Source: Orbicella franksi
Taxonomy: Eukaryota
Assembly (NCBI GenBank): GCA_964199315.1
Contig: OZ116699.1
Span: forward strand, 13,268,001-13,332,000
Direction of reading: 5' to 3'
Length of the DNA stretch: 64,000 nt
Positions 14,201 to 29,200 of the stretch are shown one piece after another (position 1 is the stretch's first letter; every line of letters starts with the position of its first letter). The notes below the pieces were generated by a model. That model did not search any database. It was not told the DNA's origin and saw only the letters and a list, made by a program, of their open reading frames with translations. A program made the translations under genes and the position numbers.

Positions 14201-17200
14201 AGACTTGTTGCCGCTGAGTATGTTGTCCTGTGGTGTCAGCGGATATCGAAAACTTGAAGCACTGAAGGAAGTGTTCGTAACCACAAGCAACTCGTCCTCT
14301 GGATTGGAGAGGAGAATTGTGAATGAGAACAAGATATGCCAAAACAAAGCAAAAATGATCCATAATGAGCTTCAGTAAGTACTGCCTTGTACAAATCAAC
14401 ATAAGCAGTCCTTTTTTAGGAATTGAGAAACTTCTGTGTTTTTAATCACGTCGCTGTTTAATTTCTTACCAATTCTTTTGCCATAAATTTCCACTCTTAG
14501 CGAGAGCGTGGGCATAGTTGCTGCCCATCGAGTCACGTGGAACTTGACGTAACGAGTGTAAAATGCCCGGATGAAGACGTGTCGCACTGGGAGGTCCTGT
14601 TCTTTATAGGTGTTGCCGCTGAAGACCTGTATACACAACATTAAGCATGTGACCTTTTTAATTGGGAGTTAAAATTTCAAGTTTATATATTGTTAAAAAA
14701 TCTACTCCCTTTTTCCATAGTCTGAACTATTTTTATACCATAATGACGCCATAAAACACTTTAAACTTGTAGTGAAACCTAGGGCTAAGATTATGTTTGG
14801 AACATTTTATGACGTCATTAAATTTGTACGGTCTGAAAAATGTGGTCGATCTGTTGAATACCTTGGGAAATCTTTCCTCGAGATAGTAATACCATCCAGT
14901 TCCATCATCACTAAATGATAACAGATACTCCAACACGTATCCATACAAGTCGTGCTCATCATCATTACAGCCCTGTGTTGCGACTCCACCTACGGACACC
15001 AAACCTACACCCAGGTCAACAAGGAGGAAGGTTTTTGCAGGCAGGAAGGCCCAGCAGCCAGTGCTGCTGTGTAACCGCGATAGCCACGGTCCGTACGTTC
15101 CGTGCATCTCTGACTCAAAGCTGTCCGAGGCGAAGATATTGCTGTCAGCGATTCGGTGGTCGCTCATCCCCAAAGGTGTCAAGCTCTGTTCGTTGAAGAC
15201 TGAAAGAATAGGAAAATCAACATTATAAATAAGTCCAACCAGCAGCCTGAGATGCTAGTAAGAATAGTGTTTCGATTGGATTCTTTTTTCTGAGGTCTCC
15301 TCGGTATATCTTGAGAAACATAGCTTTCTGGTTCTTTTTTTCTATTGAGCCATTTCCTTCATCTATAGGGGAAGAATGTGGAAACCTAAAAGTGCAACAT
15401 AAATTTAATTTCCACACGCTAGTCTGCAGTAATACAGTATGCCTATGTTAGGTATAATTGCCAGTTCATTCGATTGGACAGGGCCTTCGCAGGTGTGAAG
15501 TGGTGAGAAATATGTTTAAACATATTAACATACTTAATCAATTTCGGTTGCGCCGTAACGAGAGGAAAGCCTTACCTTTGCATCCGTACAGTTCGATCCT
15601 TACGCATGCGCGAATGTTCCATTTCTTAGGATGAAAGCGAATGTACCTGACACTCGTAACATTCTTCAGCTGGTTTTTCACAATCGATGCCCCGTCCGAA
15701 TTGCCGGTAAATATCTATATCGAAACATAGTATATAACATTCCGGTGAAAATGAACTACTGCATGTTGTACAGATGTTGTTGTTGTTGTTGTTGTTGTTT
15801 TTTACGTATTGTTCTTGTTCTCTCAAAACATGTACAGTTTGTTCCCTCCCATACTTTGCCGCTGAAAAACTGTTTTCGACACTGAGTTGACTACTAAGCG
15901 AAGAAAACCATCCTACTTAGGTGTAATTAGAGAGGTTGGCTGTTTTTGTTCTGTCATGTTTGTTTTTGTAGAATTTTCGTTTCATTTATAGACAGCAGTT
16001 AGCTCTGTTCAAATTTCTTTGCTTCCCGATCAAGCAGCAAGGCAGAGCCACAGCAAACCAACAGGGGGCAAGGAAAAGCGAGTATTCCCTAAGAGTATGA
16101 GAGTATGATGCAAAATTATAGCTTGATAATATCTGAAACTGAGGACCAACCTTTACAACACCGCTCTCAGTGTATGAAAACCACAACGAATTTTCTCCCC
16201 GGAAATCCAAGGTGTATTGCTGTACCCATGCGCTGTAATTTGATCCACTGTAGAGTCCTTGAGTAGCAATAAACCGCAATCTGTAAGGTCTTCCAATGTC
16301 CACCTGGTAAGATTAAGTAGTTGGTCAGACTACATACGCACTGGACCAATAGGTTTGAATATAGCTTCTGAAAATAACGCACAATCGGTTGATTGGGCGG
16401 CAGACTTGAACCGCTGGAGCTTTAAACTTTTGTTCAGGGCAGCCATGTTGAATACTCTTGAGAGTTAAATCTGGAGTGAGGGCCATGTAAATCTAAAACA
16501 GCCTAGCGTTAACAATGTTTATTCAACATGGTAGAACCACAACAAAACTTAGTCTGCGTTTGGAAAAAAAAAGAGGAAGAAGAAGAAGAAGAAGAAGAAG
16601 AAGAAGAAGAATGAGCCTGTTTATAGTCTAAATGACCAGCTTATGTACTTTTTCTTCAAATAAAAAGGAAAATGCGTTGCCTGTCCAGCTTCTTTTCATT
16701 GGCCACAAATAAGCACACCAATTTCATTCCTTGTTTTTTTGCTTTTAACAATTCGTTACGACGCTTTCCTCATCAAAGGTAACATAGTGCATAAATTAAC
16801 CAATCGCTTAATTTGAATTGCAAAGCTTAATGTTCCAAGAATTATACCCACAGGGTCACCCGAATCTATGAAAAGTTAAACAGAGCATATCTTATCGAAT
16901 TATATGATGATGATTACCTTTATTTTTCATCAATTCATTATCATTTCCATCAGGATTAATAACCAAACAAGTCAGTTTAACATTACTCAAATGCGACGAA
17001 ACACTAACTTGCAAGAAGGGCTGAGTATCGTGTTTGCCTGGACACCAGGACTCTCTTCCGCCAAGACGTGACAACCATGGGTAACTGCGTGAGGACTCGT
17101 AACTAGAGGCGGTGAAAGCAGACTCTTTTATAATCCAGCTTCCAATGCCGACTTCATCAGAGCAAACTGGAAAATAACATAAGGAGAGTTCTAACCATGC

Positions 17201-20200
17201 AAATAAGAGTACGATGTTCATGGTAATGATGGCGTACTACGTAAAGGAAGTCTTGGCTAAAAAAAAAAAAGAACAGTTTTGTTCCAAATTACAAGTTGAT
17301 GTTTCACATTAACATTAATGACCTCAGAGTTGAGAATGATGCTTGATGCATCGAAAAGTCAATTGATAATACTTTTAATTTTCCTGGTCAAATGCTTTAA
17401 CAAGCAACTCATTGTCCGATCTCTTATGTTAAATTGTCCCAGAAATTTAAAGTGGATAATTCTTCGCCTGTTTTCCGCTATGCTGGCCGTTTCCCTTCTA
17501 CTATTTTAGGATTTTAAATTTCCCTCGTGCCGCCATGTTTAATCTCCTTGCTTTTCAGTCAAGAGTCAGAATTTTTGTAACTTAGAAGCTACGGGAACAA
17601 TGGATGTAACTCGCTTAATTTGTTGTACTAGGGCTACACGCTTCTATGATTTGTCTGAGGATACTGAACTACCCAGGATAAGAACTAAAGACGAACGATG
17701 AAAATTGCAAATCACTAATGTTTGCTAAACTATTCAGGCTATTCTCGACATCCCGGGTGGTTTACAATCATTGGGCGTAACCTGTAAGATGGTGTGTAAA
17801 AAGCGCCATCATTATACGTTCATTTATGATCGCTTACAATGTTTCGGCCGAAACAGTTCAGTAAAAGTAAATAAAAAAGTACGGTAAAGAAGTGGGCATC
17901 AGGCCAAAGTTTCTCATACCACCGGAGCTTATTAGTCCAGGGTACAGTAGCATGAGGACACAAGGAATCATGGCAAACAATTCCAAGGTTACCCCCCCCC
18001 CCCCCTGGCACTTAATTCGCCAGTACCCATTTGTACAAACCGGTAAAGAGAGCAGTGTCTTGCCTGAGAACACAACAGAATGAATACTACTAGGGTTTGG
18101 AACCGGACTGCTCGATCCAGGAGTCGAGCACACTAATTGCTAGTCACCACGTCTTTAACAAAATATTTTTCTATAGTCAGTATATTTATACCACCTTTAT
18201 CACAACCATAAAGTTCGAGCTTTAAGCTTCTGCCTCCATGCCAATCTTGGACCCTGATCTTTATAAATCTTGCCTCTAGTTTCTGTTCTGTCGTCATCTT
18301 CTTCACCATGTTCCTCATATACAAGCCTTTTATCTTCTAAATGAAAAATCGAACTTTTAAAAGACCATGGAACGACAGGTATAAGATAGAACGAAAAAGC
18401 TTTAATTCAAGACACTTTCCTTTGAAAGTAAAATATCTAAGACTTTGAAACTGAAATGTAAGGAATAATTTAGAAGATTCAATTTCCGAGTAAATTCCAT
18501 TTCCGCATATTATCCGCATGCATAGAAGACCATACCATTCAAAGGCCTGCTAGCGGATCCACAAGGTTACTTACTTAGGTAAAATGCAACCCAAGTTGCC
18601 CTTAAACGCAGAAGGAAAGACACGAAAGCTGATCATGAAAGTCTACAGGGATGTGAAGCGGACGTCCAGCCCACTCTCACACTGCTACGTGATTCAATTC
18701 AATTCAATTCGTTATTTACACTCTAAACGCATTTACATTCATTTTGTATGGCAAAGGAAAGAAAATGGTAATAATTAAGCAACAAAAAAGACGTAACCCT
18801 TAAGCCTACCAGTCTTGAATATGAACACCGTGTAACTCCGACATGAAAAGGTTTAAATCATATCTGGTAAACCCCTTTACACAGACTATCTTCGATGGTA
18901 GTCATGTAAGCGAAACTAAGATAAGGCATGCCACCCGGCCCCCTGTAGATTGTCTACAGAGGGCAAAGTTTGAGCTCAATGTGCAAGTTATCCCTGGCTT
19001 GCCGGACAGGGTAAGAGATAAAAACGACGTGAAAAGCAGAAGGTATGATACGCCGGCTTACGCATGCGTCTAGCCAGATGAACCTGACGGATTCATGAAG
19101 CAGATGGCTTTTAAGAATAGACTGCCTCTTAACTGGCGCAAAATACTAACCTCACTGCTTCCGCGAGGTTGATAATTTTCCCAAGGTTCATCACTGTTCA
19201 TCCTGTAGTCCAAGAAAAACCAAACTAACCAGTGCTCATGATGGGAATCTCCCTCAATCTCTACATACGTAATGACTTTCGGTTCCCCAAGATCAACCTC
19301 AAGATATTCTGATGACGAGCCAGATGACGGAATCCAGCCGGATCCATGCCCCAAACGTGCGCGCCAAGGTTCTCCGCCATCTTTGAAAGAAGATGCCTTG
19401 ATGCTGGAGTCTGGTATGAGACCACTGACCATTCCCAACGGCTCAGCACACTCTGAAAGAAAACGTTTGTATTGAACTGTGCACCAGGAAAAGTGAAACG
19501 GCTATACAGAGAAAAAGGATTGTGTTAGCTTGGTAAAAGCGAAATCGACAAAAAATGTCTCTAGGTCGAAACAACCATCGAATTGAAAAGGGTAACTTCC
19601 ACACGAAGAGCGAGACCAATTCTTAGCTAATTTCAATTTCAATTCGCCCTTCGTTGGCATCAAATTGGCCAACTCACCAGTCAAGCTGTAATAATTTCTT
19701 CAACAAAAAGGAAGAGAATTTAGATATGGCAAATTCGATCTTCAAAAACGAAACATCAACAATAGAACATGAGATTATTTTAACAGATCCTTGAACTATA
19801 TAATTCATGGGATATGGCAGTGGCTTGGGAGGCGCGGTGGCCTCATGGTTAGTGCGCTCGTTTGCGGATCGAGCGGTCCGGGGTTCGAGCCCTGGCTGGG
19901 GACATTGCGTTGTGTTCTTGGGCAAGACACTTTACTCTCACAGTGCCTCTCTCCACCCAGGTGTATAAATGGGTACCGGCGAACTTAATGCTGGGGGTAA
20001 CCCTGCGATGGACTGGCATCCCATTCAGGGGGGAGTAGAAATACTCCTAGTCGCTTTATGCTACAGAAACCGGGATAAGCTCCGGCCTGGTAGGCCATTT
20101 GGCTCGTATGCAGACTACGGCAGTGGTAGTTGTACTAGCTGTAATAAAAGTAGAAGCAGCAATAGCAATGACGGCGGAGGCGACAACAGTAGGTACACCA

Positions 20201-23200
20201 CCGTGGTAGTAACTGCTACTGCTAATAATAATTAGAAGCAGCTACTAGACGTTGTTGTTGCACGTTTGTTCATCAGGCTGACGTAGATGTTTTCTCGGAA
20301 ATTTTGCATTTTTGATATATAGTTTTGATCAGTATAAGTAGCTTAAGGGGTCCTTACCTTCACACCCGTACAATTCCAAGCTGATCTGCCCATAATTACT
20401 CCATGTCCGAGGATGTAGGCGGATATAACGTGACCAAATTTTCTTCGGAAGAGGCTTACGTAACGTCTGGTATTGAGTTGTACAACCCGAAAAAACCTAC
20501 GATTAAATAATGAACATGAAAAGCATGGGTTGGAAGAAGTGCCAGAGGCTTATGTGACGTCTGGTATTGAGTTGGAAGAACGAAGGAAACGAAATATTGT
20601 TTGGGAACTGAAAATTCCCCTAATGATGATTATGCAGTAGTATTATCATGGTTGCCTAAAATAATTTTTACCTGAATTTCATTCTGAACGACAACAATGA
20701 TAGATCATAGCTAGAGACTATAGCTATATAGAGATAGATCATAGCTGTGAATTATAGAGTTGTTAGGAAATTTACGCCCAACACTGTTGACAGCCATATT
20801 ACTAAGGGATTTTTGGTTTGGCGCGATAGCAAGAAGGTGCGTGCACTGTAATTAGCAGTAATTAGCCGATCGTTACCACGTTCGGTCGACATAGTTGCGT
20901 GGCCCATGCGACGGCGATTTGCACATCGTGGAAAGTTTCAGAAGTTGTTCAACGATCGAGGAGAAATAATAAGTAAGCTTGTGCACACGACTAACTTTTC
21001 CCGCAACCAAAAACAACAGTGTAGAAATCGCCTACATTAGCTATAAAAATTTACGATATACCTTCGATAAATCTGCCGAAAAAATTGATGGAAGAGTATT
21101 GCTTCCTAGCCCCCATGTTACGGCTTGCGATCCCCTCGGCTTCGTTTAATCTTTTTTTCTGAAACTCTCCACGAGAATCTTCCCGCTGTACGGGCCAAGC
21201 AGGTCGATCGATGAAGAAAACCACTTCGTGTACGAAAGCGACAGAGTTACCCGGCTGGACCTCCTCGCTGATTGGCCAGAAAAATTTTCTGGCCAATCAG
21301 AGGGACGGAATTCGACCACTTCTGGAACTGGTTTGGTAAGAATAAGTTCTCAGGGGCTTTTCAGTTCGTGAAGTAAACGTTCACGCCGAAAATATCGCTT
21401 CGTCCCGGCTGGTAGCCTCTAGGTCTCCAAGGATGTTAATTTCATAGATGGTGTAGAATCCACGTAAGGAGATTAAAAGTATGACTTAAAAAAGAGAAAT
21501 ATGAGTTTTAAGCGTCTTTCAGTTACAGTGAACTTGCAAAAGCACCTTACCTCAATGTTACCATGAACAATGTAATCGTACCAGTCAACCCCATCCTCGC
21601 TTGTCCTCAGTGTAAATGAAGTAACCATGTCAACGTGTGATTCAACTGCAAGCGCCGCGACTGTTCTTCCATAAGGCGTTACAACCACTTGAAGATAATC
21701 TCGATTGTCACGGTGGGAATCGCTATACCACGGATGATTGTCGTGTAGCCTGATATAATCCCAACGATATTTACCTGAGGACCCGGATAAATAGTCTGTA
21801 TGTAAATTTCCATTCTCCAAGCCAAGTGGTTCCGCGCACGCTGTGGAAATCAAGATAGTAATATACCGTGAGCCCTATCCTTGAAATCATAATCATAATA
21901 AGATTGCGTACTCTATACAAGTGCTATGTAAATTTGATTTAGCGCCCAGTGTGCATAATAAATTTTGGTAGCTCAAGTAGTGGGGGTGGGGGGACGCTTA
22001 TTTTAGACATAGCTCTTACTCAGGGAAGGACATGTATATGTCTGTTTATCTACCTAGATTGACACTTGCACAAACCACAAACGCTATTGAATATGGTTTA
22101 ATAATGGATTTGAATCAAGTCTAAACCAAAACACAAATCTTTGTCAACCCAGTATTAAACTAAACTCAATGCAGTGAGTAGTATTATTGAAATACGGGAG
22201 CGTAATAGGTGTACGGGCACCTTCGGGCTTAGGGGGGCGGTGACCTTCTTGTCAGAAACATTGTACAACGCTCGAACGAGTAAGGGTTGAAATCGGGACC
22301 AAAACGCACTCAAATTGCATGAAAAATAACATATACAATTCCCACGTCTAATGAAGTTCTTATAATTTGAAAAATAGCTATTTTGGAACCTTGCATACTC
22401 TATGGACTCTATAGACAGTCTACATGATATAGTAAAATCTACAAAAATGGAGAGAAATGTAGGCACGAACTGCAGGAGATGCCAGCGATCGGCAGATCAA
22501 CACCAAAGCCATTCAAGTGTTTTAATATAGACGAGCTCCGAAAGCTAGACAATTCGAGACGTTGAAAGAACAAACTCTCTGAGGAAACCACTTGACAGTG
22601 TACAGACTCCAAGCGTCCGTTTCTCGAAGGTTCCGAAAAGTTTTCGCACCCGGAAAGCCGTAGCAAAAACTCAAACCTTATGATTACAGAACTGTTTTAT
22701 TCACAAGAACAGAGGTTGTCTTCATACAAGGAGTTTCAGGCGTATACACCTTTCGGTTTTTAGATACAGATTACCTGAAACTGGCTTTGCGGGCACGAAA
22801 AGTTTCCGGGGCTTTCCAGAAACGAGCCCCAGGTACATGTATACGTTTAATCACACAAGGATTCATCAAAAGTAACCATTTGGAGACTTTATTTATGACT
22901 TTTGAAAATCACACAAATTGCATTATTTTGGAATGTAGACTCCTAAGTGCTGTTGCTCGAATCATGAGCGTTTTGCCGGAAAAAAATCACAATTTCCGAA
23001 ACTGGGGGGTGGGGGGCTGCAGACGCCACCCTCTAAGTACATCTATCGGAATAGGGTCGTGTACTGGAACAAGAGCGTTTATCGCCAAAGGAACCGTAAA
23101 AGTAGAGGGGGCGACATTTGATTGATGAGGGAACCCATTGGAAAGAAATGGCTAAATCGAGGCATTTACCGCAACTTTACCATAACCGATGATCAATCAC

Positions 23201-26200
23201 GTATATAAACAATTTGGTTGTTTTGTCAGAAAACTTGGTAAACTACCGCACATAAAGCATGCTTTCAGACGAACTACTCAGTTTGGGTCATTTTGAACGA
23301 GCAAATCATTCTTTTGTTCCGCTCGTTAGTGGCTGTTTACTAGTACACAACTCTTGTTTCATAAGGATTCGTTTGTCAACATACCTTTACAGCCGGTTAG
23401 TTCCACCCGCATACAAATCAGTTGATACCACTCTATCGCATGCAGTCGAACAAAACGAGAGCGCAAGGATGGAGATAGTTTATGATTTGTTGTCTTGTTT
23501 TCAACATTGTTACCCTCAAAAACCTGTCATTTAGAAAGAAATATCACGATATTGCTTTATTGTATTTCTGCAAATTTTCTGTGGACTGATTACTCAAGCA
23601 TTTGTTTTATAATTAAGCACGAGGGTTTTTTACATTTTCTACGTGGTTCACGTTCGTTAATTTATAAAACCTTTGTCGTGAGTCATTCAGTATGTCAATA
23701 AGTAGATAATATGTTTGTCTGTCAGTCTATCAGACAAAAATGACTGAATCAGTTAGTCCGCGAACCAGCAGTTTATTAGTCCGTCCGTTAGGCAGAAAAA
23801 TAGTCCGTCACGCAATCAGTCTCTTGACTCAATCAATCAGTCAGTCAGTCAGTCAGTTAGATAGTCTGCCAGTGAGTCAGTTAACGGTGTGCGTTAAAAG
23901 TTGTCAATTTGAGCAATCAAGTATTTAGAAAATCTAACACTTACCCCAATTCCGTCCTCCACGTGTTGACTCCACGCGATCCCGTCGTAACTGTAAGTGA
24001 CGGAAAACTTGGTAACCCAGCCTTGAATCTCGACGGGGCCTGAGTATCTTCCTTGCATCAATATGTTAGTGATCTTGTGTACTTCAGTTAAATCCACCTG
24101 GAAGTACTGCTTGATATTTGTCTCTCGTGCACACCAAGCTCCACCTTCAATAAAGGTGCTTAATCTTCCATATTCCGGTTTGTGCCGCTTGTCTAACGAG
24201 CTTGAAGCTTTCAAAGAATGGTTTGCTATTTTTCCAACTTCAAATCCAAGGGAATCATAAGCATAAAGTTCTGAGGAAAAAATATCTTTATCTATAAATT
24301 TACTTGCTTTTTTTCTTGTTCATATGTTCAATCTACAGAGTAAACGATTGACGCCATGGATATGCCGGATAAAAAGGAAAAGCCCTTATCAATTTCAGGG
24401 ATAATAATAAATAATTAAACAAACACGTAAATGATTAATTTTTTTTAAACATATTTTTTTGGATAAATTTTACCTTAAGAGCAAAAAACCTCATCTGTAA
24501 GGCCCACTTCGAAAAGAAGGAAATTCTTTACACATTACATTGAGTAATGTAGGGTCAAACGTGGCAAAAAAGGTGAGAAACAAAGCCAGCACGCTGAACA
24601 TAAATAATTAATCCTTAAATTGGAATCTCGCGGGTTCACTTATGCCTATAACTAATTTTGTCAAGGTTTTAACCTTTTCTAAGTGGTATTTAATATTTTT
24701 AAGTGTTTAGTATTTTAGATATTTTTTGAGTAGTATGTTCCTTTTCTCTTAGTAGTTAACAATAAGATCACAAGCTCGCCATGTCTATGATCTTCTGGTC
24801 ACCCACTCACCGCTTGAAGAGCAGCCATACAACTCAATCCTCATACACATCTGTTTAAAGTAGCTGCTTGGTCGGACACGAACATGGCGGGCCCTAATAA
24901 CATGGCCCAACTTCACATATTTCGTTTTGTCATTTCCTTCATTTCCACGAAGTTGCTGTAAAACGAAATAAAACACAAAGTATGTATCTCGTATTTTTCT
25001 GGTAAAAGTACCTGCTTTCCTAAAGCCCTGGCCAAACGGAGTCGCAAGTAGTCGCAAGAAGCCACAAGTTGAACTTGCGTAGAGACTGCCGTTGGGTGGC
25101 CTAACGGACTCGCAAGTTTCGTCGCATTTCGAGGCATTTCCTCACATTTCGAGGCAGACATATCCTGTATTTCATTGGCTAATAATAGGTTAATGGACGT
25201 CACTCAACTTGCGTTGACTTGGGTTGGGTGGCCAAACGGAGTCGCAAGTAGACGCAAGTTGAGAACTTGCGTCTACTTGCGACTCCGTTTGGCCAGGGCT
25301 TTAAAGCAACCCATTTTAGCCAATGAAATACAAGATCTTTATCCTTGAAATGTTGTTTTTTTTTCGTTTTTTTTTGGCGACTTGCGTGCACTTGCGAGGA
25401 AGCTTGCGAGTCCGTTTGGCCACCCAAGCGGAGCACAATAACTATAGGAAGGGAGCCACAAGCATGCTTAGAAATAGAAAACCATGCAACTCTTTTCTCA
25501 TGGTCAACCTAGCGGCATAGATCGCGGGCGCTTGCGCCCTATGACGGCGAACGATTGCGTCAGACAACGACGAGCGAATTGCCAAAGATGGAGGCAGCGA
25601 TCAAAGCGGACAAAACAAACGTTTTGATAGCTCTTGTAATTTCAGTGTCGGCGCCAATCGCCCCAGGTTTGGCTTAACGGTAGAAAAGTTGGACTTGTTT
25701 GTATTTGATTCCGTATTCAGCGACATAGACAACTCGAAAACCATAATCAAACTTTGCTGTTGGATTGAAGGTCTTGGTTCATAAGCTTTGTACTGATTAG
25801 CACTCTTCCCAGGACAGTGATTGAAGAAAAAAGAGGAACTTGATTAGGAAGTAAAATAACCGCGTTGAGTAAATATCGTAATTAGATGGTTAAGCTAGGG
25901 TGAGAACTTCAAAAAAATTGTCTCATTAGGCATGCTTAGCAGAGCTCTGAATACAAAACAGAAAATTCCTTTTCATCTCATGGTAAAAAAAACTCTCCTT
26001 TGGATTCCAAAGGTGTAATTTGGTACGAAAATATATATGGCTTTTTTTGAAGAGGCTATTAAAAACCGCTGAGATTCAATGCAAGGTTTATTTTTTTCTG
26101 AATCAGTAGAAAAAAAAAGAGAAAGCCTGAGAAAATATGCTTTCTTTTTTTAACAAAGATGTAATTTTCCGTTCGCTTACACCTTCGACGGCAGTATCAC

Positions 26201-29200
26201 ATACTGGCAAAGTCCAACAGAAAATTTAATTTTGACGAACAAATCCAGCCAAATAGAACTTTCCTCTTTTTTGAAATGGTCCTTCTCTTTTCTTTTCAAC
26301 TAGAAATTTCTTATTGAAACCTCTTAACTTTAAATTGTTGTCTACATCTTTCCAAAAAGCACTGTTCAGCTAAACTTCTATTCCAAATACTGAACTTTTA
26401 GTGAAGACGCCTTGAAACCATGTCTGAAATATACAATTATATTCGTGCTTGGCTTGTCAAATATGGCCATCGCTGCAGCCGAACGTGTCTCAAAATCCTT
26501 GATACGTGTAGACTGTCTGTGACGTAGGCTGCTGTAGGTCAATATTGCTGAGTAATATTTAGGTACTCAAGTGATCAGATTGATTTCAGTGTTATGCACG
26601 TCATTCGTTTATATTTGAGAACTCAAGTTGTCAGATCAGATTTCAGATTGAAGGCACTCTTACTATTTGTGCCTCTCACTGTTTAAGCTGTGAAAATTCT
26701 TCGCTGAAATTACAGTGATTTGGAATATCTCACTTGCGAGAGAACTGTAACGACTTGATCCTACATACTGCAAACTCCTCAAGACAACATCATTCTTAAT
26801 TCACCAATTGACGATCATAAACTGTGGTGTGTTCATCTTAATTTTCTTATATAAATGAGCAGAAAAATCTTATAACCATAACTAAATGAACCATTTTATC
26901 ACAACTGAAGGAACAGGTCTGGTGTGCCGAGCCCCAGTTCCCCGTGACCAGTGGTTGTTTTTTTCATTTTCTTTTCCCGTGCGTTACAAACAAATGTTGT
27001 TATTGTTGTGTTGTTGTTTTTATTGTTGTTGTTGTTGTTGTTGTTTTTTTTACCAAAGTGAACAAAGCGTTTTTGCAATTGGGAAGTTTTAACAACGAAT
27101 GGGCATGAAATAAATGGTTTCTCAGTGTGTTGGTAATTTAATCGTTTTTAGCAGTAAAAACAGAAACAAGGTTAAAAAGGGACTCGAACCCATGACATGC
27201 AGCCCGGACAGTCGCTCTATATCGCCATGCAAACCATTTACACCGTAAAGATTTCATAGTCCATTTAGAAGAGCTATGCATCGGATTACAAACCCATGAG
27301 TTTCAATGCTGCTGCAGCTTTGATTTTTTTCCAACTAAAAAAGAGCAGAAGCTTAAAATGCTTATACACTTCACATGGAGGAGATCGCTCTGTGCATTTT
27401 GTTCGCCAAGTTCTGTGTGTCGGACACCCCAGTATACAGAACGTGCTAACGATGGACTATAGCCATTATGCATACTGACATCAGACTAGCAAATTTCACT
27501 ACTAAGCTTCGCATTGAAAATGCAAATTGAAAATTTTGTCCTGAACAAATTCCCAAAACAGCAAACTGACATGGAAAGAACATCACGTAAAAAATAACAC
27601 GAAGGTGCTGGAGATTTTCGAAACTAACGTGTAAACGGGGCTGCGCGTGTGACGTAATCATGGATAAGCGGTACATCTGTAATTTTGTACTTACTTCATT
27701 GTACACAGGATCGACGTACGTTTCAAAGCGTTTGCCGTCCAGAGAGTAATGCAAATAAAATCTCGTGACCCTTCCACACGAAGCGCTATCTCCTTGAATA
27801 GCGAGGCCTGTTATAGCCATCACATGATCAAAGGTGAATTGAAGAAATTCGAAGTTTTTGTTCAGAAGTGGTCGCCAGATCCCCGCATGATGGTTCAACC
27901 GTCCGCGCCAAGGTTCGTACCCAGGTCCAAAATACGTGGATGCGGATACATTGAAGAAACCTCTTTCAATTCCGAGAGCATATTCGCATACTAAAGGAAA
28001 GAGCAGGACGTAGAATTAATTGTTGTAATATAGGATATAGCGTATTTATTTAACTGAAACAAAAGTTTTCTACAGCCGGTCTACTATCTTAGACGGATAA
28101 AAATTGTGATAAAAATTGTTATCTGTCGAAGACAGTAGACCGGCGATCGAAAGCTTATGCTTTTAAATACTTTTTACCAGAGAACGTTACATCCTATATT
28201 GTCATGATCAATCCTGGTAACGGATCCGCGATATTTTTAAGAATTAACTGTGTTAGGCCCAGTTCAGATGCCGAACTTTTCATGAGCCGAACCAAATACA
28301 TTGAATTAAGTACATGAAAAGTTCGGCGTCTGAATCAGTTAAGAACGGCTATTTGAATTTTGGAACGGCCCAGCCGTTCTTCCCGCCTAGCTCAGCCGGG
28401 AATTTCGGCTTTGGAACGGCTTTGATTCAGATGTCGAACTTTTCATGAGCCGAACCTAATGTCTAAATTATTATAACGTATTTTACAAGCAGTTTTTACT
28501 TTGCCTGAAAATCGCTGACATTTCGATGTGTTTTGGTTTAAACTAAATAAAGTTCGGCGAATTAAGTTCGACGTCTGAATCAACAGGTGTACTTTTGATA
28601 ATTTGGGTCGGTCCAAATTCGAATTAAGTTCGGCTCATGAAAAGTTCGGCGTGGTGATGCTTGAAAAAAAAAAAAAAACAATTTAACGGCTTTGTCTGTG
28701 CGATGAGCGTTAACGGCTCTTGCTATATTAGGGTCAGTAACATAATATTCTTCCTTTTTTCTTTTTATTGTAGTAATCACATCGAGGACTCAAAAAAATT
28801 AATCAGCCTGCACAGCCAGGGAGGCGCAATGTAGGAGTAATGGTCGTAAAGAGTTGAACCTCCTTCCCAATCCCCCCTCTAGGATCGCACGTTGCACTCT
28901 CATTTTTCTCGACTCCTCTCTCACGTTCTAAACACGTTCACTACACGATAACGTACCTGGGCAACCATAGAGCTCAATTCTGATGTTAGCGTCATAACTC
29001 CAGGTCAGCGGCACAACGCGGGTGAAACGCGCGGTTATGTTCTGATTAAAATAATGCTTGGCTATCAAATCCATATACTCTCCTCCTTCAAATATCTAAG
29101 ATCATTAAAGAGGATCGATGACATAAGATGAACTTTAGCTGACTAAAATGAAGCAACGTCATCATAAATAGAAATAACGCCATGGGACAGGGCACTAAAA

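Noticed and set aside
27940-27990. Apparent frameshift at the start of discoidin 10
   Set aside because: Careful re-reading gives an open frame (VCEYALGIERGFFNVSAS); the ORF track simply starts later.
28255-28655. CRISPR-like repeated 30-mers
   Set aside because: Mixed orientations, irregular spacing, eukaryotic intron and no cas genes; it is a foldback repeat.
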